Shown piece by piece: positions 21,528 through 30,628 of a DNA stretch of 64,000 nt. The stretch lies in the NCBI GenBank assembly GCA_949296965.1, contig CASFQL010000018.1, positions 81,413 through 145,412 on the forward strand, read 5' to 3'. A program made the translations under genes and the position numbers. The first letter of the stretch is position 1. Every line of letters begins with the position of its first letter. Source of the DNA: an uncultured Christensenella sp. GTDB taxonomy: Bacteria; Bacillota; Clostridia; Christensenellales; UBA1242. The notes beneath the pieces were generated by a model. That model searched no databases. It was given only the letters and a program-made list of their open reading frames with translations, and had not been told where the DNA came from.

Positions 21528-21629
21528 AAATTATGTGCTGTTGTAATTTTGTAAAAACAAAATAACAACTATTAGAATTTAACTTAGTTAAATTTTAATT
21601 CAAAAATTAACATTTTTGGCACAAAATTT
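21528..21629 (-). repeat. four-way-junction intergenic element, copy E1
   Basis: P1 AAATTATGTGC (21528-38) / GCACAAAATTT (21619-29), with one A-A mismatch. It encloses three hairpins: GTTGTAATTTTGT-aaaa-ACAAAATAACAAC, ATTAGAATTTAAC-tta-GTTAAATTTTAAT and CAAAAAT-taac-ATTTTTG. Strand is assigned by the conserved TGTGC|CAAAA junction. Confidence 0.75.
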
Positions 21630-21694
21630 GAATTTGTCGTCGTTAAGTAAAAATAAAAATAAATTTTCTCTTTTACCTTAACTTCCTAGAATAT

Positions 21695-21796
21695 AAATTA
21701 TGTGCTGTTGTAATTTTGTAAAAACAAAATAACAATTATTAAAATTTAACTTAGTTAAATTTTAATTCAAAAATTAACATTTTTGGCACAAAATTT
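21695..21796 (-). repeat. four-way-junction intergenic element, copy E2
   Basis: Second copy, 167 bp downstream of E1. The 117-bp blocks 21526-21642 and 21693-21809 differ at 2 positions. Confidence 0.75.
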
Positions 21797-21930
21797 GAAT
21801 TTGTCGTCGCCATACAAGAATAAAATTAAACTTTTTTTCTTGCTATGGCTTCCTAAAATATAAAAAAAGGAAAATACTAAAAATAACCCATAAGGTTAAA
21901 AAGAGTAATTCCTTTTTTTATGATTGCTTA

Positions 21931-23103
21931 TTAATCTTTTTTCTTATCTTTTTCTTTTTTATATTGTTTATATAAGATAGCACCTCTAAGGACTAAAAGA
22001 ACACAAGTAATAATAAAGCCATAATAAAAATATTCATAATAATCAATTACGGGACTATTTACATAATATTGAGAAATTTCCCCATCTTTGGAAGTTAAAA
22101 CAATGTTTCCCAAATCTTTTGTCATCATAATTTGACAACCTGTTTCTTCCAATCTATCAAGTGCCTCTTGTGTTGGGTGTCCGTAATCATTTACTGCACC
22201 AACACTAATGACTGCTATTTCAGGTTTTACAGCATCTAAAAATTCAGCACTTGTTGATGTTTTACTGCCATGATGACCAACTTTTAAAACATTACAATCA
22301 AAAATTAATTTTCGAACTTCTTTTGGATATGCTTGCAAAAATGTTTCTTCATCTTCAATTCCAGCATCTCCAACAAACAGGTATTTCATATTTTGAATAT
22401 TAACCATCATTATTGGAGAGTATGAGTTCCAATCGCTAGAACCTAAATTTTCTTCAAGTGGTGTATAGAAATTAACTTCATAAGCATATTCTTCGTTAAC
22501 AATTTTATCTCCCTTTAAGGAATAATTCATTTCAATTAAGCAATCTTCGTTATATATTGCTTCCATTGTTTGACGCCAAATTTTTGTGTCCTTTACAACA
22601 AAATCTTGCGTCATCAAATTGTTTTCTTCTTCATATGTAGAATAAACACAAGGAATATAAACATTTAAAACATCATAATTTTCAAAAATATCAGGTGCAT
22701 TTCCAATGTGATCGCTATCTGTATGAGTTAAAACAAGGTAATCAATAGTAGTAATATTTAGATTGTCAATGTAATTTATAAGAGTTGAGGCAATTTCATC
22801 ATCATTTTCACCCGTGTCAATAAGCATAACTTTATCATCTGGGAACTCAATTAATGCACTATCTCCCTGCCCAACATCAATAAAATGAACAGCATAATCT
22901 CCCGTAATAGAAGTATCAAATCTATATCCCTTCTCATTAAGCGGATTATCAGTGTTCTTTACAACTATAAAACCTACTAAGAAAAACACCCAAACACAAC
23001 AAATTATGACAAAGTTTTTTAATTTATTCTTTTTACTCATTTTGTTATATTTTTTTGTATCACTAGCAACATATTTAATCCAATCAGTTTTCTTTTTACT
23101 CAT
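21931..23103 (-). CDS. membrane-anchored MBL-fold metallo-hydrolase (ComEC/Rec2 C-terminal lactamase-type domain)
   Basis: 390 aa. N- and C-terminal TM segments. HFIDVGQGDSALI, LVLTHTDSDHIGN, VGHHGSKTSTS and NDYGHP motifs. Confidence 0.8.
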   Translation of the reverse strand: MSKKKTDWIKYVASDTKKYNKMSKKNKLKNFVIICCVWVFFLVGFIVVKNTDNPLNEKGYRFDTSITGDYAVHFIDVGQGDSALIEFPDDKVMLIDTGENDDEIASTLINYIDNLNITTIDYLVLTHTDSDHIGNAPDIFENYDVLNVYIPCVYSTYEEENNLMTQDFVVKDTKIWRQTMEAIYNEDCLIEMNYSLKGDKIVNEEYAYEVNFYTPLEENLGSSDWNSYSPIMMVNIQNMKYLFVGDAGIEDEETFLQAYPKEVRKLIFDCNVLKVGHHGSKTSTSAEFLDAVKPEIAVISVGAVNDYGHPTQEALDRLEETGCQIMMTKDLGNIVLTSKDGEISQYYVNSPVIDYYEYFYYGFIITCVLLVLRGAILYKQYKKEKDKKKD

Positions 23104-23353
23104 ATTTTCTCCTTAGTATAATATAAATTTAATTAAAATAATTTACAATTTAATTAAAAAAACTTTAAATTTTTTTTAATTTAGATAAAATTATTATAAT
23201 AAAAACAATTTTTAAATTTATAAAAACTTTATTCGATTGACTTTTATCTTTAAGTTAAATAGATTTTGTGTTATAAGTTAAATTAATTTTTATATTTAAA
23301 TTAAATAACTTATAATAAAAAAATCTTTTCAACAAAATCTTAAAAAGTATATA

Positions 23354-24226
23354 CTATCTTATAATTAATGGTTTATTTTCAGTAGTTACAGCAAATTTTC
23401 TTTTTTGTGCTCTGCGTGGTTTTTTTGAAATAATTTCTAAAATTTTAGGTATGCAATCAATAGTTGCCATATAACCTTCTGCGAACATAGCATCTGCTTC
23501 ATCTATCTTGGTTGACTTATATTTTTTCATACTTGGCTTAATTACAAAGTCAGCATTGATATAACCTTTAACGGAATTGCTTTTTGTCATAATTCTTAAT
23601 GTAGCAGCAAGAACATCTAAGACTTTTAATGAGTCTGTTCCTTCTCCCCTTGTTGAATTTACATCTATTGCTATTACATAATCACAACCAAAATATCTAG
23701 GTACATCAGATGGAATATTATTTTGCAGTCCACCATCGCTTAAATGCATATCTTTATACTCAACAGGAACAAAGACTCCGGGAACGGCACAACTTCCCGC
23801 TACAATTTTAGGTAAATTACCTTTTGAAAATACTATCTCGTTTGAAGTTATTAAATCAACAGCAACAGCAGCAAAAGGAATTTTTAAATCGCAAATATCA
23901 ATGTCTCCCATTTCTTCTTTAACAATTTCCTGTATACCATCAGTTTTTGATGGCATAAAAAACTTACTTCTTTTTATATCTTTTACTTTCAAAGATTTTG
24001 CAACTTTCATAATCTCATCAGAAGTTTTACCATAAGCATACATTGCACCAACAAGGGATCCTACACTAGTGCCAGCAATGAAATCAAAACATATATTATT
24101 TTCTTCAAAAGCCTTAATTGCTCCAATATGTGCTATTCCTCTTGTCGCGCCACCACCCAATGCTAGTCCAACTTTAACCTTTTTATTCTTTGATGGAGTT
24201 TTATTCTTTGCTATAAAAAAATTCAT
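23354..24226 (-). CDS. patatin-like phospholipase
   Basis: 290 aa. Oxyanion GGGATRG, nucleophile elbow GTSVGS and catalytic DGG. Confidence 0.9.
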   Translation of the reverse strand: MNFFIAKNKTPSKNKKVKVGLALGGGATRGIAHIGAIKAFEENNICFDFIAGTSVGSLVGAMYAYGKTSDEIMKVAKSLKVKDIKRSKFFMPSKTDGIQEIVKEEMGDIDICDLKIPFAAVAVDLITSNEIVFSKGNLPKIVAGSCAVPGVFVPVEYKDMHLSDGGLQNNIPSDVPRYFGCDYVIAIDVNSTRGEGTDSLKVLDVLAATLRIMTKSNSVKGYINADFVIKPSMKKYKSTKIDEADAMFAEGYMATIDCIPKILEIISKKPRRAQKRKFAVTTENKPLIIR

Positions 24227-24347
24227 AACTTACTTTCTCCCATAAATTATAGTTCAAAATCTGCTTTATGGTTAACGACTTCTTCTACCTTATACCAATA
24301 ATCTAAAAAAATTAATTTTGTCTACTACAATTAAATTACTATAATAC

Positions 24348-24439
24348 GGACTTTGTGCCAAAAGTGAAACTTTTGTGTGAAATTTTACTAAAATTTCACA
24401 GTAAAAATTTTATTCTAAAATTTTTACCGCACAAAGTCC
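24348..24439 (+). repeat. four-way-junction intergenic element, copy A
   Basis: P1 GGACTTTGTGC (24348-58) / GCACAAAGTCC (24429-39). P2 CAAAAGT-gaa-ACTTTTG (24359-75). P3 TGTGAAATTTT-act-AAAATTTCACA (24376-24400). P4 GTAAAAATTTT-attct-AAAATTTTTAC (24401-27). Only one unpaired junction nucleotide (C24428). Confidence 0.8.
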
Positions 24440-24497
24440 CTTTCTCCCTGCCAACAAATCATCAACCCATAAACCTAATTAAATTATATAACACAAT

Positions 24498-24529
24498 AAA
24501 AAAAACACCAAACAAATTTTGTTTGGTGT
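24498..24529 (-). terminator. intrinsic terminator after the 486-aa coiled-coil gene
   Basis: Minus strand: ACACCAAAC-aaaattt-GTTTGGTGT followed by T7, 17 nt after the stop at 24546. Confidence 0.7.
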
Positions 24530-24545
24530 CTAATTGTTAAATTAA

Positions 24546-26006
24546 TTATTCATCATCGTTTGAAGAATTATCATTTTCACTTTTTGCTTTTTCTTCGGCA
24601 TCTAATCTAGCAATCTTTTCTTCAATCTCAGCGATATCAGATTTTAATTGAGATTGGCTCTTAACCAAGAACTGATTTGCTCTTTCAAGTATAGGATATC
24701 TATCTTTATTTTTTTGCATAACTTCTTCACAGTGTTGAACAGATAATCTAAGTCCTTCAAGTAAATCAAGTTCTTCTGAAAGTTTTTTAGCCTTTTCTTC
24801 GTCAATATCTACATAATTATTTACGCCATATAAAACAACTTTTTGTTTTGCGACAATGGCTTCTTTCCTTCTTAACTTTTTCTTATCCCCTTCAAGTGTA
24901 TTGTTAACCCTTCTAAGTGGAATAAATTCTTTTCTATTAGCGGAAAGTTCTTTTTCATTTTCTTTAAGTCTTTGTTTTAAAACTTCAAGTCTTGCTTCAA
25001 GTTCTTCCCTTGACTCGCTAGGAAGAGTAGCAACTTCTTGTTCGTTTGCCTTTTCTTCCAAATCTTTAATAGTTTGCTTACTATTTTCAATTTCTTGTTT
25101 TAATTCTTCAATTTGTCTTTGAAGTTCAGCCTCTTTTTGTTCAAAAGCAAGTCTTTCTTCTTCTAACTTAGAATTTTCTTGGCTAATATCGTCCTCATTA
25201 CTTTCTTCTTCTTGGACAGAGTCTTCAACTACATTTTCTTCAACTTCTTCTTCGTTAGAACTATCTTCATTAACAGGTTCTTCTTCAACTACTTCAATTT
25301 CTTTACCAGAATCTTCGTCGTCATCATTATCTAATTCTTCCTTAGTTTCATTAGCGACTTCATCAATGAAATCATTAACTCTTTTAAGTTCTTCTTCTCT
25401 TAATTGTCTTTCTTGTAAAACTCTTTCGCTAGCAGCCTTTTCAAGTTCTAATCTTTTATTTTTTTCTTCTTCAAAAAGTTGTTCAGCCTCAATTCTCTTT
25501 CTTCTTTCTTCCTCAAGTTGTTTGTAAGCATTTTCCTCGATTTCTCTTTTTTCTTCTTCTAATTTATTAAGAGCATCAAGGGCCTTTCTTCTTTCTTCAG
25601 CAATTCTTTCTTCTTGTTCATCAGATTGAGCAATGTTTTGATTGATATATGAACTCTTTTCAACATAAGCACTAGTAGGTTCTACATAACCTCTTGCTTG
25701 TTGTTCTTCAAGTCTAGCCTTTTCAGGGTCAAAACCCTCTTCCTCATCAAGTTCATCATCTTCCCTATCAAAAGTTCTTTCTTCCTGTGGTTCAGGCAAA
25801 ACTTCATTAGGTTTATTTAATAATTTAGGTCTTTTATAATTTTGATTTTCTTCTTCTGCAATCTTTTTTCCATGTCTTTTAAAGAAAATACCATTTGAGC
25901 CATCAATAATAGAGATAAATAGGTCAGACAAGAAAACGATAATAAAAGAAGCAACAGCAACAATACCAATAACACCTAAAACGCTTAAAAATGTATTCCA
26001 AATCAT
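24546..26006 (-). CDS. membrane-anchored E/K-rich coiled-coil protein, function unknown
   Basis: 486 aa. N-terminal TM (FLSVLGVIGIVAVASFIIVFL), then about 440 aa of heptad-like E/K/R/L-rich sequence and an acidic tail. Confidence 0.65.
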   Translation of the reverse strand: MIWNTFLSVLGVIGIVAVASFIIVFLSDLFISIIDGSNGIFFKRHGKKIAEEENQNYKRPKLLNKPNEVLPEPQEERTFDREDDELDEEEGFDPEKARLEEQQARGYVEPTSAYVEKSSYINQNIAQSDEQEERIAEERRKALDALNKLEEEKREIEENAYKQLEEERRKRIEAEQLFEEEKNKRLELEKAASERVLQERQLREEELKRVNDFIDEVANETKEELDNDDDEDSGKEIEVVEEEPVNEDSSNEEEVEENVVEDSVQEEESNEDDISQENSKLEEERLAFEQKEAELQRQIEELKQEIENSKQTIKDLEEKANEQEVATLPSESREELEARLEVLKQRLKENEKELSANRKEFIPLRRVNNTLEGDKKKLRRKEAIVAKQKVVLYGVNNYVDIDEEKAKKLSEELDLLEGLRLSVQHCEEVMQKNKDRYPILERANQFLVKSQSQLKSDIAEIEEKIARLDAEEKAKSENDNSSNDDE

Positions 26007-26122
26007 AATGTTAAACTCCTTTATTTAGTAACCCATTAATTTATTTACACTTGAATTTTACCACACCATAGTCCTAGTGTCAATATCAAAAATAAATTTG
26101 AGCAAAATAACCACAAAAAAAA

Positions 26123-26995
26123 TTACAATTCCCAGAACTTATCATCACTAAAATCTGGGGTATAATCTTTTGAAGCACTTTGAAAATCTTGTATATATCC
26201 ATTTGTAAAACCTAAATTTTTAATATGGGCAACAACTTTTTTATATTCAATAGGCTTTAAAAAGGTGTTTAATTCGTCAAATTCTTTTGCCTTATAAAAA
26301 GGAACATATTGACTCATAAGAGAAATAATTAAATTGTTTCCTAAACTATTTTTTATATTTTCAAATATTTTTATACTATCTTCGCATAAGCCCGGCAAAA
26401 CTAAATGTCTAACAATTATACCTTTTTTCATAACTCCATCAACTATTATATCATTTGGAATTAATTTTCTAGCCTTTTGTATGGCTTTAAGACAAACTTC
26501 GTAATAGTTTGGGGCTTTTGAGTATTTAGTTGAATAAAATTCTGAGTAATATTTACAGTCAAACAAAAAGATATCAACCACTTCACACAATTTTTCAATA
26601 TTTTCTTCTAATTCGTAACCACTACAATTCCAAACAATAGGAATTTTAAGTTTACATTTTTTTAAAACGCTAATTAATTCATTTGTATAATGAGTTGGCG
26701 TAACTAAATTCAAATTAGCCACTCCACTATTCTCAATTTTCTTAAAAATCTTTATTAAATCGTTTTCATTTAAATTACGCCCCTGCCCCAAATGAGAAAT
26801 TTGATAATTTTGGCAAAAGACACATTTTAAAGAGCAGTTAGAAAAGAAAACAGCTCCACTTCCCTTATCTTTTGGGCACAAAATAGGTTCTTCAAAAAAA
26901 TGTCGCATTACTTTTGCTACACGAAAAATATTTTCTTGCTTATTACAAAAACTTTTTTCCCTGCATCTTCTAGGACAATCTTTACAATTATTCAT
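26123..26995 (-). CDS. radical SAM protein, PflX-type (putative glycyl-radical activase-like)
   Basis: 290 aa. CSLKCVFCQN (CxxxCxxC) and an N-terminal Cys-rich segment CKDCPRRC. 8-nt overlap with the upstream DegV gene. Confidence 0.8.
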   Translation of the reverse strand: MNNCKDCPRRCREKSFCNKQENIFRVAKVMRHFFEEPILCPKDKGSGAVFFSNCSLKCVFCQNYQISHLGQGRNLNENDLIKIFKKIENSGVANLNLVTPTHYTNELISVLKKCKLKIPIVWNCSGYELEENIEKLCEVVDIFLFDCKYYSEFYSTKYSKAPNYYEVCLKAIQKARKLIPNDIIVDGVMKKGIIVRHLVLPGLCEDSIKIFENIKNSLGNNLIISLMSQYVPFYKAKEFDELNTFLKPIEYKKVVAHIKNLGFTNGYIQDFQSASKDYTPDFSDDKFWEL

Positions 26996-27881
26996 TAGGT
27001 CTAACCTCGTTGCTTACAAAAGCATAAGCAACAGCGCTAGGTCCAACATGGGCTCCAATTATAGGCCCCATAATTCTAATATTTACATCAATTCCATAAG
27101 TAGATTTTAATAATTCTTTAAGTTCATCTGCTCCATCTAAATTGTCAGTATGAACTATTTCAATATAGGGAAACTCTTTGTTAAGTGAAAAATTTGCATA
27201 TTCATTAACAATACTTTTTAAAGCCTTTTTAAAACCAATTTCTTTTCTTACAATTTTTAATTTTCCGTCTCTACCAAATTGTAAAATCGGTTTTACTTGA
27301 AACATTGAGCCAATATTTGCGGAAGTTTTACTAATTCTTCCCCCTCTTGCTAAAAATTTTAAATCATTAACTAAAACAAAATGTTGAGTTAAATGTTTTA
27401 TTTCGTTTAATTTATTGACAGTTTCACTTAAAGATAACCCTTTATCTCTCATATTACAACAAGCCCTTACAATAAACCCTTCACCGATTGTTGTCGAGTT
27501 AGCCTCTATTGCAACATAATTTATATCTGGGAAATCCTTTTTTACAATTTCAATAGCAGAGTTAGCATTATCAACAGTTGGACTTAGTCCATAACCTTGT
27601 GAAATATGTATAGCCGACTTTATGCCTTTATTCGCCATTTTTGTAAAAAGGTCAACATGTGCTTGCACACTCAAAATGGAAGTCTTTGCTATTGCACCTT
27701 CCCTAAGCCTTTTATAAAAATCAAAATATTGTTTCTGAGAAGTATAGTTATCAAGTTCAACCTCTAAATTATCTCCAACAGAAACATTATACTCTAATGG
27801 CTCAACAAAAATATTTAACTTTTGAATTTCATCGACAAACAAATCACATGTGCTATCAGTCGAAACTTCAAAATTCTTCAT
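26988..27881 (-). CDS. DegV family fatty-acid-binding protein
   Basis: 297 aa. STDSTCDL start, typical DegV length and GPIIGAHVGP near the C-terminus. Confidence 0.85.
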   Translation of the reverse strand: MKNFEVSTDSTCDLFVDEIQKLNIFVEPLEYNVSVGDNLEVELDNYTSQKQYFDFYKRLREGAIAKTSILSVQAHVDLFTKMANKGIKSAIHISQGYGLSPTVDNANSAIEIVKKDFPDINYVAIEANSTTIGEGFIVRACCNMRDKGLSLSETVNKLNEIKHLTQHFVLVNDLKFLARGGRISKTSANIGSMFQVKPILQFGRDGKLKIVRKEIGFKKALKSIVNEYANFSLNKEFPYIEIVHTDNLDGADELKELLKSTYGIDVNIRIMGPIIGAHVGPSAVAYAFVSNEVRPNE

Positions 27882-27941
27882 AAAACTTTCTCCTTAAATT
27901 TTAGGTTAATTAAGTTAATTATTATCCTTGTTAAAATAGTT

Positions 27942-28586
27942 CTAGTTCTCTTGTTTTTTATCTTCGGTATTTAATTTAGTATTACTTTCGTTTATATTTG
28001 AAATAATATTATTTTGCCTTTCTTCAAACTTCTTTGCCCTGTTGTAAGCAACTATTAATTTAGGTCTATTGTATCTTTGAACACAAATCGGCGGTATTTG
28101 TAAAAAAACATTTACAACTACAATAGGAAAACTAATACCCCAAAAATATTTACTAGGAAATATTATTAAAAGCAAAAATGCAAAAAATATTGGCAATAAG
28201 TGAATAATTTCAGCATAACAAGTTTCTGTTATAAAACCTAGTAAATATTGACTAGAATTTTTATTCTCAATTTTTGATTTGTCAAAACATTTAAACATTT
28301 TACCAAGTTCAGGTATCTTATCTTTCCAAACTCTTATTTTTAATTTTTCATAAAATTTTCTTTCATTCTTTCTTTCAGCAAAAAAACCTTTAAAAGGATT
28401 AATAAATTTTTTGTTTATTAGCCTAGCACCCAAAGCACAAGCCCCATCAATACAAAAAGAAATAAATATCCCTAAGAAAATGAGTCCAGCTATTTCAATA
28501 TTACCTATACCGTAATTTGCCCATAAACAATTTGTTATAGATAAAAGAATCCAAGTAAAACCTATTATGCTAAGATATAAAACCAT
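27942..28586 (-). CDS. membrane protein of the glycosyl-4,4'-diaponeurosporenoate acyltransferase (CrtO-like) family
   Basis: 214 aa. RVWKDKIPE, ETCYAEIIHL and PPICVQRYNRPKL parallel S. aureus CrtO (VRKWKHKI, ETKRAELIHW, PIIIVQRYNRPRL). The substrate here is unknown. Confidence 0.6.
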   Translation of the reverse strand: MVLYLSIIGFTWILLSITNCLWANYGIGNIEIAGLIFLGIFISFCIDGACALGARLINKKFINPFKGFFAERKNERKFYEKLKIRVWKDKIPELGKMFKCFDKSKIENKNSSQYLLGFITETCYAEIIHLLPIFFAFLLLIIFPSKYFWGISFPIVVVNVFLQIPPICVQRYNRPKLIVAYNRAKKFEERQNNIISNINESNTKLNTEDKKQEN

Positions 28587-28741
28587 TTAAAACTCCTAAA
28601 TATTTTTTCTTGCGGATAAAATTAAATAAAAAATTAATAAAATACCAATATATATAACTTACTGTAATAATTGAACATTAATGATTAAAATTTATAATAT
28701 CTATGCAATTATTTGTAGTAAGAAAACTATAATGTCTATTT

Positions 28742-28834
28742 GGGACTTTGTGTCAAAAGTTTCACTTTTGAGTGAAATTTTTAATAAAATTTCACAGTAA
28801 AAATTTTTTCAAAATTTTTACTAAACAAAGTCCC
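28742..28834 (+). repeat. four-way-junction intergenic element, copy B
   Basis: P1 GGGACTTTGT (28742-51) / ACAAAGTCCC (28825-34). P2 CAAAAGT-ttc-ACTTTTG. P3 GTGAAATTTT-taat-AAAATTTCAC. P4 GTAAAAATTTT-ttc-AAAATTTTTAC. Confidence 0.8.
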
Positions 28835-28920
28835 CATCTTATACCAAAAATAATTTTAGTCAATATAAGATATATATTAATAATATAGTAAAAACAATAA
28901 AAATTCAAGCAAATTTTGAC

Positions 28921-28952
28921 AAAAAAAGATATGCTAGTAACATATCTTTTTT
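28921..28952 (-). terminator. symmetric (potentially bidirectional) terminator after the NfeD-SPFH operon
   Basis: AAAGATATG-ctagtaa-CATATCTTT flanked by an A-run and a T-run, about 130 nt after the stop at 29082. Confidence 0.6.
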
Positions 28953-29081
28953 AACAATAATATAAAAGTCTAAAAAATAATATTATATATAATTTAAAAA
29001 ACATTTTTTCAAGCACTTTAATAGTAAATGATAACCTAATGATATACATATAAGATATTAATCTTTAAGTTTAAGATTTAC

Positions 29082-30020
29082 CTAAGACTCTTTAATAATT
29101 TTATCACTTTCATTACTATTCTTATTAATTATTTTTTCTTTTTTCTTTGGATTATCTCTTGAAAATCCAGCAACTTCACCAATAGAAGAAACAAGAGAAC
29201 TTAAATCAGTAATATTGCTAGGAATAATTAATTTTGTGCTATTTCCATCAGCAACTGCCTTTAATGCCTCAAAAGATTCAAGGGTTAAATATGCTTTTGT
29301 AGGCTCAGCCTCAATAATTTTTCTAATTGCAGTAGCCTTACCTTCGGCCTCAGCAATAAGTGCCATCTTTTGAGCCTCAGCCCTTAAAATTGTAGCCTCT
29401 TTTTCACCCTCAGCAATTAAAATATTACTTTTCTTCTCCCCTTCTGCAAGCAAAATTGCCTCTCGTCTTTCTCTTTCTGCTCTCATCTGTTTTTCCATTG
29501 CTTCCCTAATTGCTTTTGGTGGGTCAATATTTTTAAGTTCAACACGATTAATTTTAATTCCCCAAGGGTCAGTTGCCTCATCAAGTATTGCTCTCATTTT
29601 AGAATTAACGGTATCTCTGCTTGTAAGTGTTTCATCAAGTTCTAATTCTCCCACGATATTTCTAAGAGTTGTAGCAGTCAAATTTTCAATAGCCGCAATA
29701 GGTCTTTCAACCCCATAAGAGTATAACTTTGGATCAGTAACTTGGAAATAAACAACCGTATCAATCTGCATAGTAACATTATCTTTTGTTATAATTGGTT
29801 GAGGTGGAAAATCTGCAACTCTTTCTTTCAAACTAATTTCTGGCCCACACCTATCAAAGAAAGGTAAAATAACATGAACACCTGTTGTTAAAGTTCTACT
29901 ATATTTACCAAGTCTTTCAACAACTCTTGCAGTAGACTGTTTAATAATCTTTACGCTTAGTCCTAGAATAACGACTGCTAAAACACCAATAACTAAAATT
30001 ATAGTTCCAATTAAAGACAT
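29082..30020 (-). CDS. SPFH/band 7 (stomatin/prohibitin-like) membrane protein
   Basis: 312 aa. N-terminal TM, SPFH core (VVERLGKYSRTL..., YFQVTDPKLYSYG) and a coiled-coil AEGEK repeat region. Confidence 0.9.
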   Translation of the reverse strand: MSLIGTIILVIGVLAVVILGLSVKIIKQSTARVVERLGKYSRTLTTGVHVILPFFDRCGPEISLKERVADFPPQPIITKDNVTMQIDTVVYFQVTDPKLYSYGVERPIAAIENLTATTLRNIVGELELDETLTSRDTVNSKMRAILDEATDPWGIKINRVELKNIDPPKAIREAMEKQMRAERERREAILLAEGEKKSNILIAEGEKEATILRAEAQKMALIAEAEGKATAIRKIIEAEPTKAYLTLESFEALKAVADGNSTKLIIPSNITDLSSLVSSIGEVAGFSRDNPKKKEKIINKNSNESDKIIKES

Positions 30021-30181
30021 TTTTTGCTCCTTTTCTACTTTGTGATATTCGTTTTTTGTTTGTTTAAATACTTTTAACTATTTAAATTTCCATAAATAAT
30101 ATTTTATTAAAATATTTTAAAAACTTTAATAATTAACTTAAAAAAAATAATGTTCTTAAAAATTTTTCTACTAAATAAAAA

Positions 30182-30628
30182 TTATTCTTTTTCTAACTTT
30201 TCTTTATTATCTAATTTTTTTACAATTAATTTATTTCCTTCTATTCTAACAATTTCAACCATACTATCCTGTTTAATAGTTTTATCATCAATAGATTTAA
30301 TAGACCAAACAATTCCATTAACCTTTACACTACCCAACTCATCTTTTGTAATAGGTTTAATTACTTTAACCTTTGAACCGACAATCAAATCAAGGTTTGT
30401 TTTATCTTTACTCTTATTAAGTAGTTTTAAAAAGACTTTTCTTAAAGCCAAAATACAAACAATACTTACAACCGCCACAACGGCAATTTGAATTTCCATC
30501 ATAACGCCACAAAGAGCAAAAATTAAACCAACAAGCGCACCAACAGCAAGCCAGATTGAAACAAGTTCCATAGTAATAAACTCTAAAATAACACAAACTG
30601 CAAAAACACCCAGCCAAACATAAATCAT
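30182..30628 (-). CDS. NfeD family membrane protein
   Basis: 148 aa. Three TM segments plus a C-terminal OB-like soluble domain (GSVKVNGIVWSIKS). Upstream partner of the SPFH gene. Confidence 0.85.
   Translation of the reverse strand: MIYVWLGVFAVCVILEFITMELVSIWLAVGALVGLIFALCGVMMEIQIAVVAVVSIVCILALRKVFLKLLNKSKDKTNLDLIVGSKVKVIKPITKDELGSVKVNGIVWSIKSIDDKTIKQDSMVEIVRIEGNKLIVKKLDNKEKLEKE

Noticed and set aside
21526-21809. Possible CRISPR array (two long direct repeats)
   Set aside because: There are only two copies. The repeats are 117 bp, far longer than CRISPR repeats, and are internally multi-hairpinned. The 50-bp spacer is itself a hairpin. No cas genes are present in the window.
21389-21930. 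Integrated mobile element at tRNA-Leu
   Set aside because: There is no integrase, no duplicated tRNA 3' end and only about 450 bp before the next chromosomal gene. The repeats present are the junction elements, not att sites.
23354-24226. Patatin-like lipase as the effector of a CBASS-type defence system
   Set aside because: There is no cyclase/nucleotidyltransferase, E1/E2/JAB or other signalling gene adjacent. The neighbours are an MBL hydrolase and a coiled-coil protein with separate spacers. It looks like a stand-alone housekeeping-type patatin.
24355-24540. 61-aa ORF overlapping junction element A, and a 27-codon ATG...TAA micro-ORF spanning element D (MCQKFYFCMKFCYSKLHCKNLKNFYST)
   Set aside because: The reading frame is not conserved between element copies: the same frame hits TGA after 4 codons in A, and E gives only MCCCNFVKTK. 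What is conserved follows base-pairing, not codons.
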